Assembly (NCBI GenBank): GCA_964353935.1
Contig: CAYGXL010000001.1
Location: 1 to 47,650, forward strand
Length of the DNA stretch: 47,650 nucleotides
Direction of reading: 5' to 3'
Source of the DNA: an uncultured Burkholderiaceae bacterium
Lineage (GTDB): Bacteria; Pseudomonadota; Gammaproteobacteria; Burkholderiales; Burkholderiaceae_F
The stretch's first letter is position 1. Every line of letters begins with the position of its first letter. Below, piece after piece: positions 32,930 to 42,476 of the stretch. The position numbers and the translations under genes were made by a program. Under the pieces are notes generated by a model, which was not told the origin of the DNA, did not search any database, and saw only the letters and a list, made by a program, of their open reading frames with translations.

Positions 32930-33802
32930 ATGAGCTGGATCGACAAGATCCTCCCGCCGCGCATCAAGCGCGAGGAGGGCGCGGCGCGCAAGCAGATGCC
33001 CGAGGGCCTGTGGACCAAGTGTCCGAGTTGCGAGACGGTGCTGTACAGCGCCGAGCTACAGAAGTCGCTGCAGGTCTGCCCCAAGTGCGACTTCCACATG
33101 CGCATCGGGGCGCGGGAGCGCCTCGACGCCTTGCTCGACGCCGAAGGTCGCTACGAGATCGGCCAGGAGGTGCTGCCCGTCGATGCCCTGAAGTTCAAGG
33201 ACAGCCGGAAGTATCCGGAGCGCCTGCAGCAGGCGATGAACGACACCGGCGAGACCGATGCGCTGGTGGCCATGGGCGGCTCGATCCGCGCGCTGCCGGT
33301 GGTGGTCGCGTGCTTCGAGTTCGACTTCATGGGCGGCTCGATGGGTTCGGTGGTCGGCGAGCGCTTCGTGCAGGGCGTGAAGGTGGCGATCGAGCAGAAG
33401 GTGCCGTTCATCTGCGTCACCGCGACCGGGGGCGCGCGGATGCAGGAAGGCCTGCTGTCACTGTTCCAGATGGCGAAGACCACGGCGATGATCGCGAAGC
33501 TGGCGGAAGCGAAGCTGCCCTTCATCTCGGTGCTGACCGACCCGACCATGGGCGGCGTGTCGGCGAGCTTTGCCTTCGTCGGCGACGTCGTGATCGCGGA
33601 GCCAAAGGCGCTGATCGGCTTTGCCGGGCCGCGCGTGATCGAACAGACGGTGCGCGAGAAGCTGCCTGAGGGATTCCAGCGCGCCGAGTTCCTGCTCACC
33701 AAGGGGGCGATCGACATGATCGTCGATCGGCGCCAGATGCGCGACGAGATCGCGCAGCTGCTCGCGCTGCTGCTGAAGCAGCCGGCGGACGCGATTGCTT
33801 AA
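32930..33802 (+). CDS. accD: acetyl-CoA carboxylase carboxyltransferase beta subunit
   Basis: It begins [13 protein letters not shown], has the zinc ribbon CPSC...CPKC, then [14 protein letters not shown] and GGARMQEG. Confidence 0.95.
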   Translation: MSWIDKILPPRIKREEGAARKQMPEGLWTKCPSCETVLYSAELQKSLQVCPKCDFHMRIGARERLDALLDAEGRYEIGQEVLPVDALKFKDSRKYPERLQQAMNDTGETDALVAMGGSIRALPVVVACFEFDFMGGSMGSVVGERFVQGVKVAIEQKVPFICVTATGGARMQEGLLSLFQMAKTTAMIAKLAEAKLPFISVLTDPTMGGVSASFAFVGDVVIAEPKALIGFAGPRVIEQTVREKLPEGFQRAEFLLTKGAIDMIVDRRQMRDEIAQLLALLLKQPADAIA

Positions 33803-33842
33803 CGGTTCGGGGGCGTCGGCCGCTACGCGTCCGGCGACTTGA

Positions 33843-35132
33843 TTGGTCGAGGACGATCTTGCCGGTTGGCTGAGCCGCATCGAGCGGCTGCACGCCAGGC
33901 CCATCGACCTCGGGCTCGATCGCGTGCGCTCGGTCGCCGAGCGGCTCGGGCTGAAGCTCGACGTGCCGACAGTCGTCGTCGGCGGCACCAACGGCAAGGG
34001 GTCCACCTGCGCGATGCTCGACAGCATCCTGCGCGCGGCGGGCTATCGCGTCGGGTTGTACACGTCGCCGCACCTGCTCCGCTTCAATGAACGTTGCCGG
34101 ATCGATGGCGTCGACGCCGCGGACGCCGGCCTCATCGAGCAGTTCGAGGCAGTCGAAGCCGCCCGCGGCAGCACCTCACTGACCTACTTCGAGTTCACCA
34201 CCCTGGCGATCCTGCGCCTCTTCAGCCGCGCATCCCTCGACGCGCTCGTGCTCGAGATCGGGCTCGGCGGGCGGCTCGACGCGGTGAACATCGTCGATGC
34301 GGACGTCGCCATCGTCACGTCGGTCGACCTGGATCACATGGACTACCTCGGGCCGACGCGCGAGGACATCGGCTACGAGAAGGCGCACATCTACCGGGCC
34401 GGCCGGCCGGCGATCTGCAGCGATCCCGCGCCGCCCAGGTCGCTGCTCGACCATGCGACCAGCATCGGCGCCGATCTCTGGCGCTTCGGCCGCGACTTCA
34501 ACTACCAGGGCGATCGGCAGCAGTGGGCATTCGCAGGTCGGCGAGTGCGTCGGTCCGGTCTGCCGTATCCCGCGCTTCGCGGCGCCAACCAGCTGCTCAA
34601 CGCATCCGGCGCGCTCGCTGCGCTCGAGGTGCTTGCCGAGCGGCTGCCGGTATCGCAGCAGGCCGTTCGGCAGGGGCTCCTTACGATCGAACTGCCCGGC
34701 CGCTTCCAGGTCCTGCCGGGACGTCCCGCCGTGATCCTCGACGTCGCGCACAATCCGCACGCCGCCGCCGTGCTGGCCGACAACCTGGACAACATGGGCT
34801 TCCATCCGTTCACGCACGCGGTGTTCGGCATGCTGCGCGACAAGGATATCGACGGCGTCATCGCCAGGCTCGGCAACCGCATCGATCACTGGCACGTCGC
34901 TCCGACTCCCGGGGAGCGAGGGTGCGACGCGGCGACCGTCGCTGCGCTGGTGCGCGCGCGCGCCGGCAGTGGCGGCTGCGCGATCTCGGAGTACCCGGAC
35001 CTTGCGGCCGCCTTCGACGGCGCGCGAAAGCGGGCGGGGGCCGATGATAGAATCGTGGCCTTCGGTTCCTTCCTCACCGTTGCCGAGGTGATGCGCGCGG
35101 TCCGCGCGCGCCCGGCGGCCGCTGCTGCGTAA
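33843..35132 (+). CDS. folC: bifunctional folylpolyglutamate synthase / dihydrofolate synthase
   Basis: The P-loop GTNGKGST, SPHLLRFNERCRIDG and the Mur-ligase-type layout match FolC. TTG start at 33843 as in the track, so the start is uncertain. Confidence 0.9.
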   Translation: MVEDDLAGWLSRIERLHARPIDLGLDRVRSVAERLGLKLDVPTVVVGGTNGKGSTCAMLDSILRAAGYRVGLYTSPHLLRFNERCRIDGVDAADAGLIEQFEAVEAARGSTSLTYFEFTTLAILRLFSRASLDALVLEIGLGGRLDAVNIVDADVAIVTSVDLDHMDYLGPTREDIGYEKAHIYRAGRPAICSDPAPPRSLLDHATSIGADLWRFGRDFNYQGDRQQWAFAGRRVRRSGLPYPALRGANQLLNASGALAALEVLAERLPVSQQAVRQGLLTIELPGRFQVLPGRPAVILDVAHNPHAAAVLADNLDNMGFHPFTHAVFGMLRDKDIDGVIARLGNRIDHWHVAPTPGERGCDAATVAALVRARAGSGGCAISEYPDLAAAFDGARKRAGADDRIVAFGSFLTVAEVMRAVRARPAAAAA

Positions 35133-35150
35133 GGATCTTCTGGAGTCTGG

Positions 35151-35930
35151 ATGGGTCTTGCGTTCTGGCGTTCGAAGAAGCGCACAGCCAACGCCGGCGG
35201 CAGGCCGGCCTCCCGTCCTCCACTTTCGCAAGACGACGACGTCGATCCACGGCTTGACCCAGCCGCGGGCTTGCGCGCGCGGGCACGCCATCGGCTGATC
35301 GGCGCATCGGCCCTGCTGCTGGCCGTCGCCATCATCGTGCCGATGGTGCTCGATCCCAACCCCAGGCCGGTCAGCGAGAACATCCCGATCGACGTTCCGA
35401 GCGAGCGCACGCCCTTCACGCCGCGCCTGTCGCTGCCGCCGGTGCCTGCCGCCGACGCCGGCACGCCTCCGCCCGACCAGGCGCCCGTTGCGGCTCCCGC
35501 CAGGGCGGAGCCGAAGGCAGACGTCCGAACCGAGACGAAGGCAGAAGCGAAGTCGGCGGCGCCGGCAGCCCAGAAACTGCCTTCCGGATCGACGGCCGCA
35601 GCCAAGTCCGAGACGAAGACAGACGAGGCGAAGCCGTCAAAGGTGGAAGTGCCGCGCAAGGCGTCCGACTCGCCCGAGACCGCCGCGCCTGCGTCGAAAG
35701 TCGGGCAGTTTGCCGTTCAGGCCGCGGCGCCGGCCAGTGAAAAGACGGCGCGCGAACTCGTCGAGCGCCTGAAGAAGGGCGGATTCACGACATACACGGA
35801 GAAGGTCGAGACCAAGGACGGCGTCCGTCATCGCGTGCGGATCGGTCCGTACGCAACGCTCGAAGACGCCGAGAAGGCGCGGGCGCGCCTGAAGGCGCAA
35901 GGCATCACCGGCAACCTGGTCCCGCTCTGA
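35151..35930 (+). CDS. SPOR-domain cell-division protein (DedD-like)
   Basis: It has an N-terminal TM anchor (LIGASALLLAVAIIVPMVL), a Pro/Ala/Lys-rich linker and a C-terminal SPOR domain (FAVQAAAPASEKTARELVERLKKGGF...RVRIGPYATLEDAEKARARL). Its position between folC and cvpA matches dedD synteny. Confidence 0.75.
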   Translation: MGLAFWRSKKRTANAGGRPASRPPLSQDDDVDPRLDPAAGLRARARHRLIGASALLLAVAIIVPMVLDPNPRPVSENIPIDVPSERTPFTPRLSLPPVPAADAGTPPPDQAPVAAPARAEPKADVRTETKAEAKSAAPAAQKLPSGSTAAAKSETKTDEAKPSKVEVPRKASDSPETAAPASKVGQFAVQAAAPASEKTARELVERLKKGGFTTYTEKVETKDGVRHRVRIGPYATLEDAEKARARLKAQGITGNLVPL

Positions 35931-35931
35931 G

Positions 35932-36429
35932 GTGAGCGTGCCGACGGTCGACTGGATCATCGCCTCCGTTTTCCTGGTGTCGGTGCTCGTTGGACTGCTG
36001 CGCGGGGTGACGCGGGAGATCGTGTCGCTGGCCGGTTGGGTGCTCGGCCTGGTGCTTGCGTTCTTCTTCGCCGAGCGGGTCGGGGCCATGCTGCCGATCG
36101 AGCCTCCCACCCTGCAGACGGCGCTAGGCGCGCTGTTGATCCTCTCGGGCGTGCTGGTCCTTGCCGCGCTGCTCGGTGCATTGCTCAGGGCGTTGATGAC
36201 GGCGGTTAAGCTGTCGACGCTCGATCGCCTGCTCGGTGCAGTCTTCGGCTTCGCGCGTGCCGCGCTGGTGCTCGGGGCTGCGATCCTGCTGGCGAGCGGC
36301 ACGCCCGTGCCCGAGGCGGGATGGTGGAAACAGTCCATGTTGTTGCCCTGGCTGCAGGCGGGCGTAGCATTCGCTTCACCGTTGTTGCCGGAATCGCTCG
36401 ATCGCCTGCGCGGGCTGGCGCAGGGCTGA
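35932..36429 (+). CDS. cvpA: CvpA-family membrane protein (colicin V production protein)
   Basis: 165 aa with 4 TM helices. The N-terminus DWIIASVFLVSVLVGLLRGVTREI is typical of CvpA, and it sits immediately upstream of purF as in enterobacteria. Confidence 0.85.
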   Translation: MSVPTVDWIIASVFLVSVLVGLLRGVTREIVSLAGWVLGLVLAFFFAERVGAMLPIEPPTLQTALGALLILSGVLVLAALLGALLRALMTAVKLSTLDRLLGAVFGFARAALVLGAAILLASGTPVPEAGWWKQSMLLPWLQAGVAFASPLLPESLDRLRGLAQG

Positions 36430-36441
36430 GGGGAGAAGACC

Positions 36442-37959
36442 ATGTGCGGCATCGTCGGAGTCGTTGCGACGGGACCGGTGAACCAGTTGCTCTATGACTC
36501 GCTGCAACTGCTGCAGCACCGTGGTCAGGATGCGGCGGGCATCGCGACGGGGCAGGGCAGTTCGTTCGCGATGTGGAAGGGCAACGGCATGGTGCGCGAG
36601 ATCTTCCGCACGCGGAACATGCGCAACCTGGTCGGCAACGTCGGCATCGCCCACGTCCGTTACCCGACGGCGGGTTCCGCGAGCAACGTCGAGGAAGCGC
36701 AGCCGTTCTACGTCAACGCGCCGTTCGGCATCACCCTGGGGCACAACGGCAACCTGACGAACACGGAGCAGCTGAAGAGCGAGATGTTCCGCATCGACCG
36801 GCGGCACATCAACACCAGTTCCGATTCCGAAGTCCTGCTGAACGTGCTCGCGCACGAGCTGCAGGAGGGCACGAGTTCGTACACGCTCGATCCCGCGACC
36901 ATCTTCGGCGCGGTCGCCGGCCTGCACCGCCGCGTGCGCGGCGCGTATGCGTGCGTCGCGCACATCGCCGGCCACGGCATCGTCGCGTTCCGCGATCCGT
37001 TCGGCATCCGCCCGCTGTGCTACGGCATCAACGAGACGGACGCGGGCACCGAGTACCTGGTGGCGAGCGAGTCGGTGGCGCTCGAGGGACTCGGGTTCAA
37101 GTTCGTTCGCGACGTCGCGCCGGGCGAGGCCATCTTCATCGACATCGACGGCAACTTCTACTCGCAGCAGTGCGCCGAGAAGGCGTCGCTGAATCCCTGC
37201 ATCTTCGAGTACGTTTACTTCGCGCGTCCGGATTCCGTGATGGACGGGGTCAGCGTGTACGGTTCGCGCCTGAAAATGGGAGAGCACCTGGCGGAGAAGG
37301 TCGAGCGGCAGTTTCCGCTCGGCGACATCGACGTCGTGATGCCGATTCCCGACACCTCGCGCCCGGCGGCCATGCAGCTCGCCATGAAGCTGGGGCTGAA
37401 GTTCCGCGAAGGCTTCTTCAAGAACCGCTACGTGGGCCGCACCTTCATCATGCCGGGCCAGGCCGTGCGCCGCAAAAGTGTCCGGCAGAAGCTCACGACG
37501 CTGCCCGCGGAGTTCAAGGGCAAGAACGTTCTGCTCGTCGACGATTCCATCGTGCGCGGGACCACCTCGCGCGAAATCGTCCACATGGCCCGCGAATCGG
37601 GAGCCAACAAGGTCATCTTCGCTTCGGCGGCGCCGCCCGTGCGCTACCCCAACGTCTACGGAATCGACATGCCGACCCGCAGCGAGCTCATCGCGCACGG
37701 CCGGTCGGACGAGGAGATCCAGCGGATGATCGAGGCCGACGGCCTCGTCTACCAGGACATCGAGGCGATGAAGCGCTCGGTGCAGGAACTGGGACCGCAC
37801 CTGAAGAGCTTCGAGGCGAGCTGCTTCGACGGCGTCTACATCACCGGCGACGTCACGCCCGAGTATCTCGATCGGCTCGAAGCGGCACGCGAACTCGCGG
37901 CCGGCAGCGACGGCGAGCCGAAGTCGCAGCTGAACCTGAACCTGGCGGGCGCCGATTAG
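36442..37959 (+). CDS. purF: amidophosphoribosyltransferase
   Basis: It begins MCGIVGV (N-terminal nucleophile Cys), with LQHRGQDAAGI and the PRPP loop VLLVDDSIVRGTTS. Confidence 0.95.
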   Translation: MCGIVGVVATGPVNQLLYDSLQLLQHRGQDAAGIATGQGSSFAMWKGNGMVREIFRTRNMRNLVGNVGIAHVRYPTAGSASNVEEAQPFYVNAPFGITLGHNGNLTNTEQLKSEMFRIDRRHINTSSDSEVLLNVLAHELQEGTSSYTLDPATIFGAVAGLHRRVRGAYACVAHIAGHGIVAFRDPFGIRPLCYGINETDAGTEYLVASESVALEGLGFKFVRDVAPGEAIFIDIDGNFYSQQCAEKASLNPCIFEYVYFARPDSVMDGVSVYGSRLKMGEHLAEKVERQFPLGDIDVVMPIPDTSRPAAMQLAMKLGLKFREGFFKNRYVGRTFIMPGQAVRRKSVRQKLTTLPAEFKGKNVLLVDDSIVRGTTSREIVHMARESGANKVIFASAAPPVRYPNVYGIDMPTRSELIAHGRSDEEIQRMIEADGLVYQDIEAMKRSVQELGPHLKSFEASCFDGVYITGDVTPEYLDRLEAARELAAGSDGEPKSQLNLNLAGAD

Positions 37960-37982
37960 GCATCGGGTATCATCCTTCACAT

Positions 37983-38034
37983 CGCGCCGATTTGAATTTC
38001 AGCTTGCGGGCGCTTAACAAATACGGCTAAAGCG
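37983..38034 (+). promoter_or_regulatory. candidate SAM-II-like riboswitch aptamer (H-type pseudoknot) in the metZ leader
   Basis: P1 pairs GCGCC (37984-37988) with GGCGC (38009-38013). Its loop contains GAUUU and AGCUUG. An A-rich linker UUAACAAAUAC is followed by GGCUAAAGCG, whose AAGC (38030-38033) can pair with loop GCUU (38002-38005). These strings match my recollection of the SAM-II (metA-element) consensus, which precedes metA/metX/metZ-type genes. No covariance model has been run. Confidence 0.45.
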
Positions 38035-38044
38035 AGCAGACGAG

Positions 38045-38075
38045 ACCCGCTGCGCTTTGGCCCAGCGGGTTTTTT
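38045..38075 (+). terminator. intrinsic terminator / expression platform directly abutting the metZ start codon
   Basis: An 8-bp stem ACCCGCTG (38045-38052) pairs with CAGCGGGT (38063-38070) around a 10-nt loop, followed by a T-run through 38075. The metZ ATG is at 38077. Confidence 0.6.
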
Positions 38076-38076
38076 C

Positions 38077-39276
38077 ATGTCCGAACCATTCGACTTCGAC
38101 ACGCGCGCGGTGCGCGCCGGCACCGAGCGCTCCGCGTTCAACGAGCACAGCGAGGCGCTGTTCCTCACTTCGAGCTTCGTGTTCGGGAGCGCGGCGCAGG
38201 CGGCGGCGCGGTTCTCGGGCGCCGAGCCCGGCTACGTCTACTCGCGCTTCAGCAACCCGACCGTCTCGATGTTCGAGCGGCGGCTGGCCTCCCTCGAAGG
38301 GGCCGAGGACTGCCTCGCCACCTCGTCGGGAATGGCAGCGCTGATGGCGACCTGCCTGGCCGTCCTGAAGGCGGGCGACCACGTGATCTGCGCGGCCAAT
38401 GTCTTCGGCGCCACGGTGCAGCTCTTCTCGACCGTCCTGGCGCGCTTCGGCGTCGAGGTTACCTATGTCCGTGCCACCGATCCCGCCGCCTGGCGAGCGG
38501 CGGCGACGCCGCGCACGCGACTGCTGTTCTGCGAGACCCCGTCCAATCCCCTGATGGAGATCGTCGACCTCGCCGCGTTTGCGAAGATCGGACGGGAGAT
38601 CGGCGCAGTGACCGTCGTCGACAACTGCTTCTGCACGCCGGTCGCGCAGCGCCCGCTGGAGTTCGGGGTCGACGCCGTGATGCACTCGGCGACCAAGTAC
38701 CTCGACGGGCAGGGACGCGTCGTCGGCGGCGCCGTGCTCGGGTCGAAGGCGCTGATCCGCGACCAGGTGCTGCCGGTCCTGCGCACGACCGGTCCGAGCC
38801 TGTCGGCATTCAACGCGTGGGTGCTGCTGAAAGGACTGGAGACGCTGTCGGTGCGGATGCGCGCCCAGAGCACTTCGGCACAGCAGCTTGCCGAGTGGCT
38901 GGAACAGCAGCCCGGCGTGGAGCGCGTGCACTTCCCGGGCCTGGCGTCGCATCCGCAGGCGGCGCTTGCGGCGCGGCAGCAGTCGCTCCCCGGAGCCGTG
39001 CTCGCCTTCGACGTCGGCGGCGCGTCTCCCGAAGAGCAGCGCGCGCGTGCCTGGCGCCTGATCGACGGCGTGCGGATCATGTCCATCACCGCAAACCTCG
39101 GTGACACGCGCACCACGATCACGCATCCGGCGACCACGACGCACGGGCGGCTCAGCCCGGAGGCGCGTGAACGCGCGGGCATCACCGAAGGGCTCGTTCG
39201 GATTGCCGTTGGTCTCGAATCGATCGCGGACCTGAAGGCCGACCTCGCCGGCGCCTTGTCCCTTCGGTTGACCTGA
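38077..39276 (+). CDS. metZ: O-succinylhomoserine sulfhydrylase
   Basis: 399 aa. The segments TRAVRAG...SEALFLTSSF, YSRFSNPT and HSATKYLDGQGR (PLP Lys) and the C-terminus RIAVGLESIADLKADL match MetZ, and the purF-metZ adjacency is the known synteny. Confidence 0.9.
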   Translation: MSEPFDFDTRAVRAGTERSAFNEHSEALFLTSSFVFGSAAQAAARFSGAEPGYVYSRFSNPTVSMFERRLASLEGAEDCLATSSGMAALMATCLAVLKAGDHVICAANVFGATVQLFSTVLARFGVEVTYVRATDPAAWRAAATPRTRLLFCETPSNPLMEIVDLAAFAKIGREIGAVTVVDNCFCTPVAQRPLEFGVDAVMHSATKYLDGQGRVVGGAVLGSKALIRDQVLPVLRTTGPSLSAFNAWVLLKGLETLSVRMRAQSTSAQQLAEWLEQQPGVERVHFPGLASHPQAALAARQQSLPGAVLAFDVGGASPEEQRARAWRLIDGVRIMSITANLGDTRTTITHPATTTHGRLSPEARERAGITEGLVRIAVGLESIADLKADLAGALSLRLT

Positions 39277-39318
39277 ATAGTCGGGATTAGTACAATCCCG
39301 ACTAAATTAATCGGGAAT
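39264..39318 (+). promoter_or_regulatory. two tandem type-1 IscR operator sites upstream of iscR
   Basis: The distal site is TCGGTTGACCTGAATAGTCGGGATT (39264-39288). The proximal site is AATCCCGACTAAATTAATCGGGAAT (39294-39318). Both fit the E. coli type-1 motif as I recall it (ATASYYGACTRWWWYAGTCRRSTAT). Together they create a perfect 11-5-11 palindrome TAGTCGGGATT-AGTAC-AATCCCGACTA (39278-39304). Confidence 0.6.
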
Positions 39319-39375
39319 TTTCCGGGCCGACGAAAGTCTGACCTTCCGACCCCCTCCCAACAGGCGAAACCACCG

Positions 39376-39885
39376 ATGAGACTGACCACGAAAGGCCGTT
39401 TTGCAGTGACGGCAATGATCGACCTGGCCCTGCGGCAGCACAACGGCCCGGTGACGCTGGCGGGCATCAGCCAGCGCCAGCGGATCTCGCTGTCCTACCT
39501 GGAACAGCTGTTCGGCAAGCTGCGGCGCCATCAGCTCGTCGAGAGCACCCGCGGCCCCGGCGGCGGCTACACGCTCGGTCGCCCGGCGAAGGACCTGACT
39601 GTCGCGGACATCATCTTTGCGGTGGACGAGCCGCTGGATGCGACGCAGTGCGGCGGCAAGGAGAACTGCCACGACGACCAGCGCTGCATGACGCACGACC
39701 TCTGGGCGAACCTCAACGCGAAGATGGTCGAGTACCTCGACTCCGTGAACCTGGCCGACCTGGTCGAGCAGCAGAGGCAGCACATGGCCGCGGCGGGGCG
39801 CAGCGTTTCCCCCTCGGTCCTGCACGATAATCGGGGGCGGCAGCGGCCCGCCATCGACCAGAAGAACGAGCCCGTGCTGACGTAA
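39376..39885 (+). CDS. iscR: Fe-S cluster assembly transcriptional regulator IscR (Rrf2 family)
   Basis: It begins [18 protein letters not shown], has the [18 protein letters not shown], and the cluster ligands C..(x5)C..(x5)C..H in [19 protein letters not shown]. Confidence 0.9.
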   Translation: MRLTTKGRFAVTAMIDLALRQHNGPVTLAGISQRQRISLSYLEQLFGKLRRHQLVESTRGPGGGYTLGRPAKDLTVADIIFAVDEPLDATQCGGKENCHDDQRCMTHDLWANLNAKMVEYLDSVNLADLVEQQRQHMAAAGRSVSPSVLHDNRGRQRPAIDQKNEPVLT

Positions 39886-39898
39886 GGAACAGGGAGAA

Positions 39899-41107
39899 AT
39901 GCAGCTTCCCATCTACCTCGATTACTCCGCGACCACGCCGGTCGACCCGCGCGTCGTCGACGCAATGGTCCCGTGGCTCCGCAACCACTTCGGCAACCCG
40001 GCCTCGCGCAGCCATGCGTTCGGCTGGGAAGCGGAGAAGGCGGTCGAAAACGCACGCGCCCAGGTCGCCGCGCTCGTCAACTGCGATCCCCGCGAGCTGA
40101 TCTGGACGTCGGGCGCGACGGAGTCGATCAACCTCGCGATCAAGGGCGTTGCCCACTTCAACAAGGACAAGGGCAAGCACCTCGTCACGGTGAAGACCGA
40201 GCACAAGGCCACGCTCGACACGATGCGCGAACTGGAGCGCGAGGGCTTCGAGGTCACGACCATGGACGTCGAGCCCGACGGCCTGCTCGACCTGGCGAAG
40301 CTCGAGGCCGCGCTTCGCCCCGACACGATCCTGGTGTCGGTGATGTTCGTGAACAACGAGATCGGCGTCATTCAGGACATCCCGGCGCTCGGCGACATGT
40401 GCCGCGCTCGCGGGATCGTGTTCCACGTCGACGCGGCGCAGGCGACCGGCAAGGTCGTCGTCGACCTGCAGCAGCTGAAGGTCGACCTGATGTCGTTCTC
40501 GGCGCACAAGACCTACGGCCCGAAGGGCATCGGGGCGCTGTTCGTTCGCCGCAAGCCGCGCGTGCGCCTCGAGGCGCAGATGCACGGCGGCGGCCACGAG
40601 CGCGGCTTGCGCTCCGGCACGCTGCCCACGCACCAGATCGTGGGCATGGGCGAGGCGTTCCGGATCGCGAAGGACGAGATGGCGACCGAGAACGAGCGGA
40701 TCCGCATGCTGCGTGACCGGCTCTGGGCCGGACTCTCGAAGATCGAGCAGGTGTACCTGAACGGCGACTGGGATCACCGCGTTCCGCACAACCTGAACGT
40801 GAGTTTCAATTTCGTCGAGGGCGAGAGCCTGATCATGGCGATCAAGGACGTCGCGGTGTCGTCCGGCTCGGCCTGCACGTCGGCGAGCCTGGAGCCGTCT
40901 TACGTCCTGCGCGCGCTCGGCCGCAGCGACGAACTCGCGCACAGCTCGATCCGCTTCAGCGTCGGCCGCTTCACCACCGAAGAAGAGATCGACTACACCG
41001 TGCAGCTCCTCACGCGCCAGGTCGCGCGGCTGCGCGAGATGTCGCCGCTGTGGGAGATGTACAAGGACGGCATCGACCTGAACACGGTCCAGTGGGCGGC
41101 GCATTGA
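39899..41107 (+). CDS. iscS: cysteine desulfurase IscS
   Basis: The segments [32 protein letters not shown] (PLP Lys), [17 protein letters not shown] (active Cys) and the C-terminus [15 protein letters not shown] are canonical IscS. Confidence 0.95.
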   Translation: MQLPIYLDYSATTPVDPRVVDAMVPWLRNHFGNPASRSHAFGWEAEKAVENARAQVAALVNCDPRELIWTSGATESINLAIKGVAHFNKDKGKHLVTVKTEHKATLDTMRELEREGFEVTTMDVEPDGLLDLAKLEAALRPDTILVSVMFVNNEIGVIQDIPALGDMCRARGIVFHVDAAQATGKVVVDLQQLKVDLMSFSAHKTYGPKGIGALFVRRKPRVRLEAQMHGGGHERGLRSGTLPTHQIVGMGEAFRIAKDEMATENERIRMLRDRLWAGLSKIEQVYLNGDWDHRVPHNLNVSFNFVEGESLIMAIKDVAVSSGSACTSASLEPSYVLRALGRSDELAHSSIRFSVGRFTTEEEIDYTVQLLTRQVARLREMSPLWEMYKDGIDLNTVQWAAH

Positions 41108-41140
41108 CGCCCGTGCGTACACGTATCTAAGAGGCTACTC

Positions 41141-41551
41141 ATGGCATACAGCACCAAGGTCATCGATCACTACGAGAACCCGCGCAACGTCGGCTCCTTC
41201 GACAAGGGCGACGACGGCGTCGGCACCGGCATGGTCGGAGCGCCGGCCTGCGGCGACGTGATGAAGCTGCAGATCAAGGTCAACGAGCAGGGCGTCATCG
41301 AGGACGCGCGCTTCAAGACCTACGGCTGCGGCTCGGCCATCGCTTCGTCGTCGCTCGTGACCGAGTGGGTCAAGGGCAAGACCCTGGACGAGGCGGGCAC
41401 GATCAAGAACACCCAGATCGCCGAGGAACTGGCCTTGCCGCCCGTCAAGATCCACTGCTCGATCCTCGCCGAGGATGCGATCAAGGCGGCGATCGACGAC
41501 TACCGCAGGAAGCAAGGCGCGTCGCAGACTGCCGAGCCCAGGGCGGCATAG
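41141..41551 (+). CDS. iscU: Fe-S cluster assembly scaffold IscU
   Basis: It begins [18 protein letters not shown], with [25 protein letters not shown] and the LPPVKIHCS motif. Confidence 0.95.
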   Translation: MAYSTKVIDHYENPRNVGSFDKGDDGVGTGMVGAPACGDVMKLQIKVNEQGVIEDARFKTYGCGSAIASSSLVTEWVKGKTLDEAGTIKNTQIAEELALPPVKIHCSILAEDAIKAAIDDYRRKQGASQTAEPRAA

Positions 41552-41571
41552 AAAACGAGGGGAGAGCGGAA

Positions 41572-41895
41572 ATGGCTGTCACGATGACAGAGCGCGCGGC
41601 GAAGCACGTCGCCGGCTTCATCGAGAAACGTGGCAAGGGCGTCGGCCTGCGGCTGGGCGTGCGCACGACCGGTTGTTCCGGCATGGCATACAAGCTGGAG
41701 TACGCGGACGCGCCGCAGCCCGAGGACCAGCAGTTCGAAAGCCACGGGTTGCGCATCTTCGTGGATCCGAAGAGCATGGCGTATCTCGACGGCACCGAAC
41801 TCGACTTCGTGCGCGAAGGGCTGAACGAAGGCTTCAAGTTCAACAACCCGCAGGAAAAGAACCGCTGCGGCTGCGGCGAGTCCTTCAACGTCTGA
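41572..41895 (+). CDS. iscA: iron-binding A-type carrier IscA
   Basis: 107 aa from ATG 41572. It has [16 protein letters not shown] and the C-terminal CGCGESF motif. Confidence 0.9.
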   Translation: MAVTMTERAAKHVAGFIEKRGKGVGLRLGVRTTGCSGMAYKLEYADAPQPEDQQFESHGLRIFVDPKSMAYLDGTELDFVREGLNEGFKFNNPQEKNRCGCGESFNV

Positions 41896-41924
41896 TCCAC
41901 CGGCGGCGCCTTTCGCGCCGTCCC

Positions 41925-42476
41925 ATGGCAGTGCCCGACGGCATGTCCCATCCGGACCACTTCGAACTCTTCGGCCTGGCGCCTCGCTTCGCGATCGACC
42001 TCGACGCGCTGGAGCGCGCGTACAGGGACGTCCAGTCGCGTGTGCACCCCGACCGCTTCGCGTCCGGGACCGCGGCGGAGCGCCGCGTCGCCATGCAGTG
42101 GGCGACCCGCGCCAACGAGGCTTACTCGACGCTGCGCTCGCCGCAGAAGCGTGCCGCCTACCTGGTCGAGCGCGCGGGCGTGCCGATCAATGCCGAGACG
42201 AACACCGCGATGCCGCCGGCCTTCCTGATGCAGCAGATGGAGTGGCGCGAGGTGCTCGACGACGCGCGGGGCAACCCCGCGGCGGTGGACGACGTGCGAA
42301 GGACCATGAACGGCGAGCGCGAAGAACTGCTCGCCGCCATCGAGCGCGCGATCGACGAGACGCGGGACCACGCGCAGGCCGCCTCGCTCGTGCGCCAGTT
42401 GATGTTCATCGACCGCTTCGCTTCCGAGATCGGCCAGGCCGATGAAGCGATGCACGCCCCCCGGGCCTCCGCCTGA
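41925..42476 (+). CDS. hscB: Fe-S protein assembly co-chaperone HscB
   Basis: The J-domain is [34 protein letters not shown], followed by a C-terminal helical bundle. The start is ATG 41925 or ATG 41943. Confidence 0.85.
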   Translation: MAVPDGMSHPDHFELFGLAPRFAIDLDALERAYRDVQSRVHPDRFASGTAAERRVAMQWATRANEAYSTLRSPQKRAAYLVERAGVPINAETNTAMPPAFLMQQMEWREVLDDARGNPAAVDDVRRTMNGEREELLAAIERAIDETRDHAQAASLVRQLMFIDRFASEIGQADEAMHAPRASA

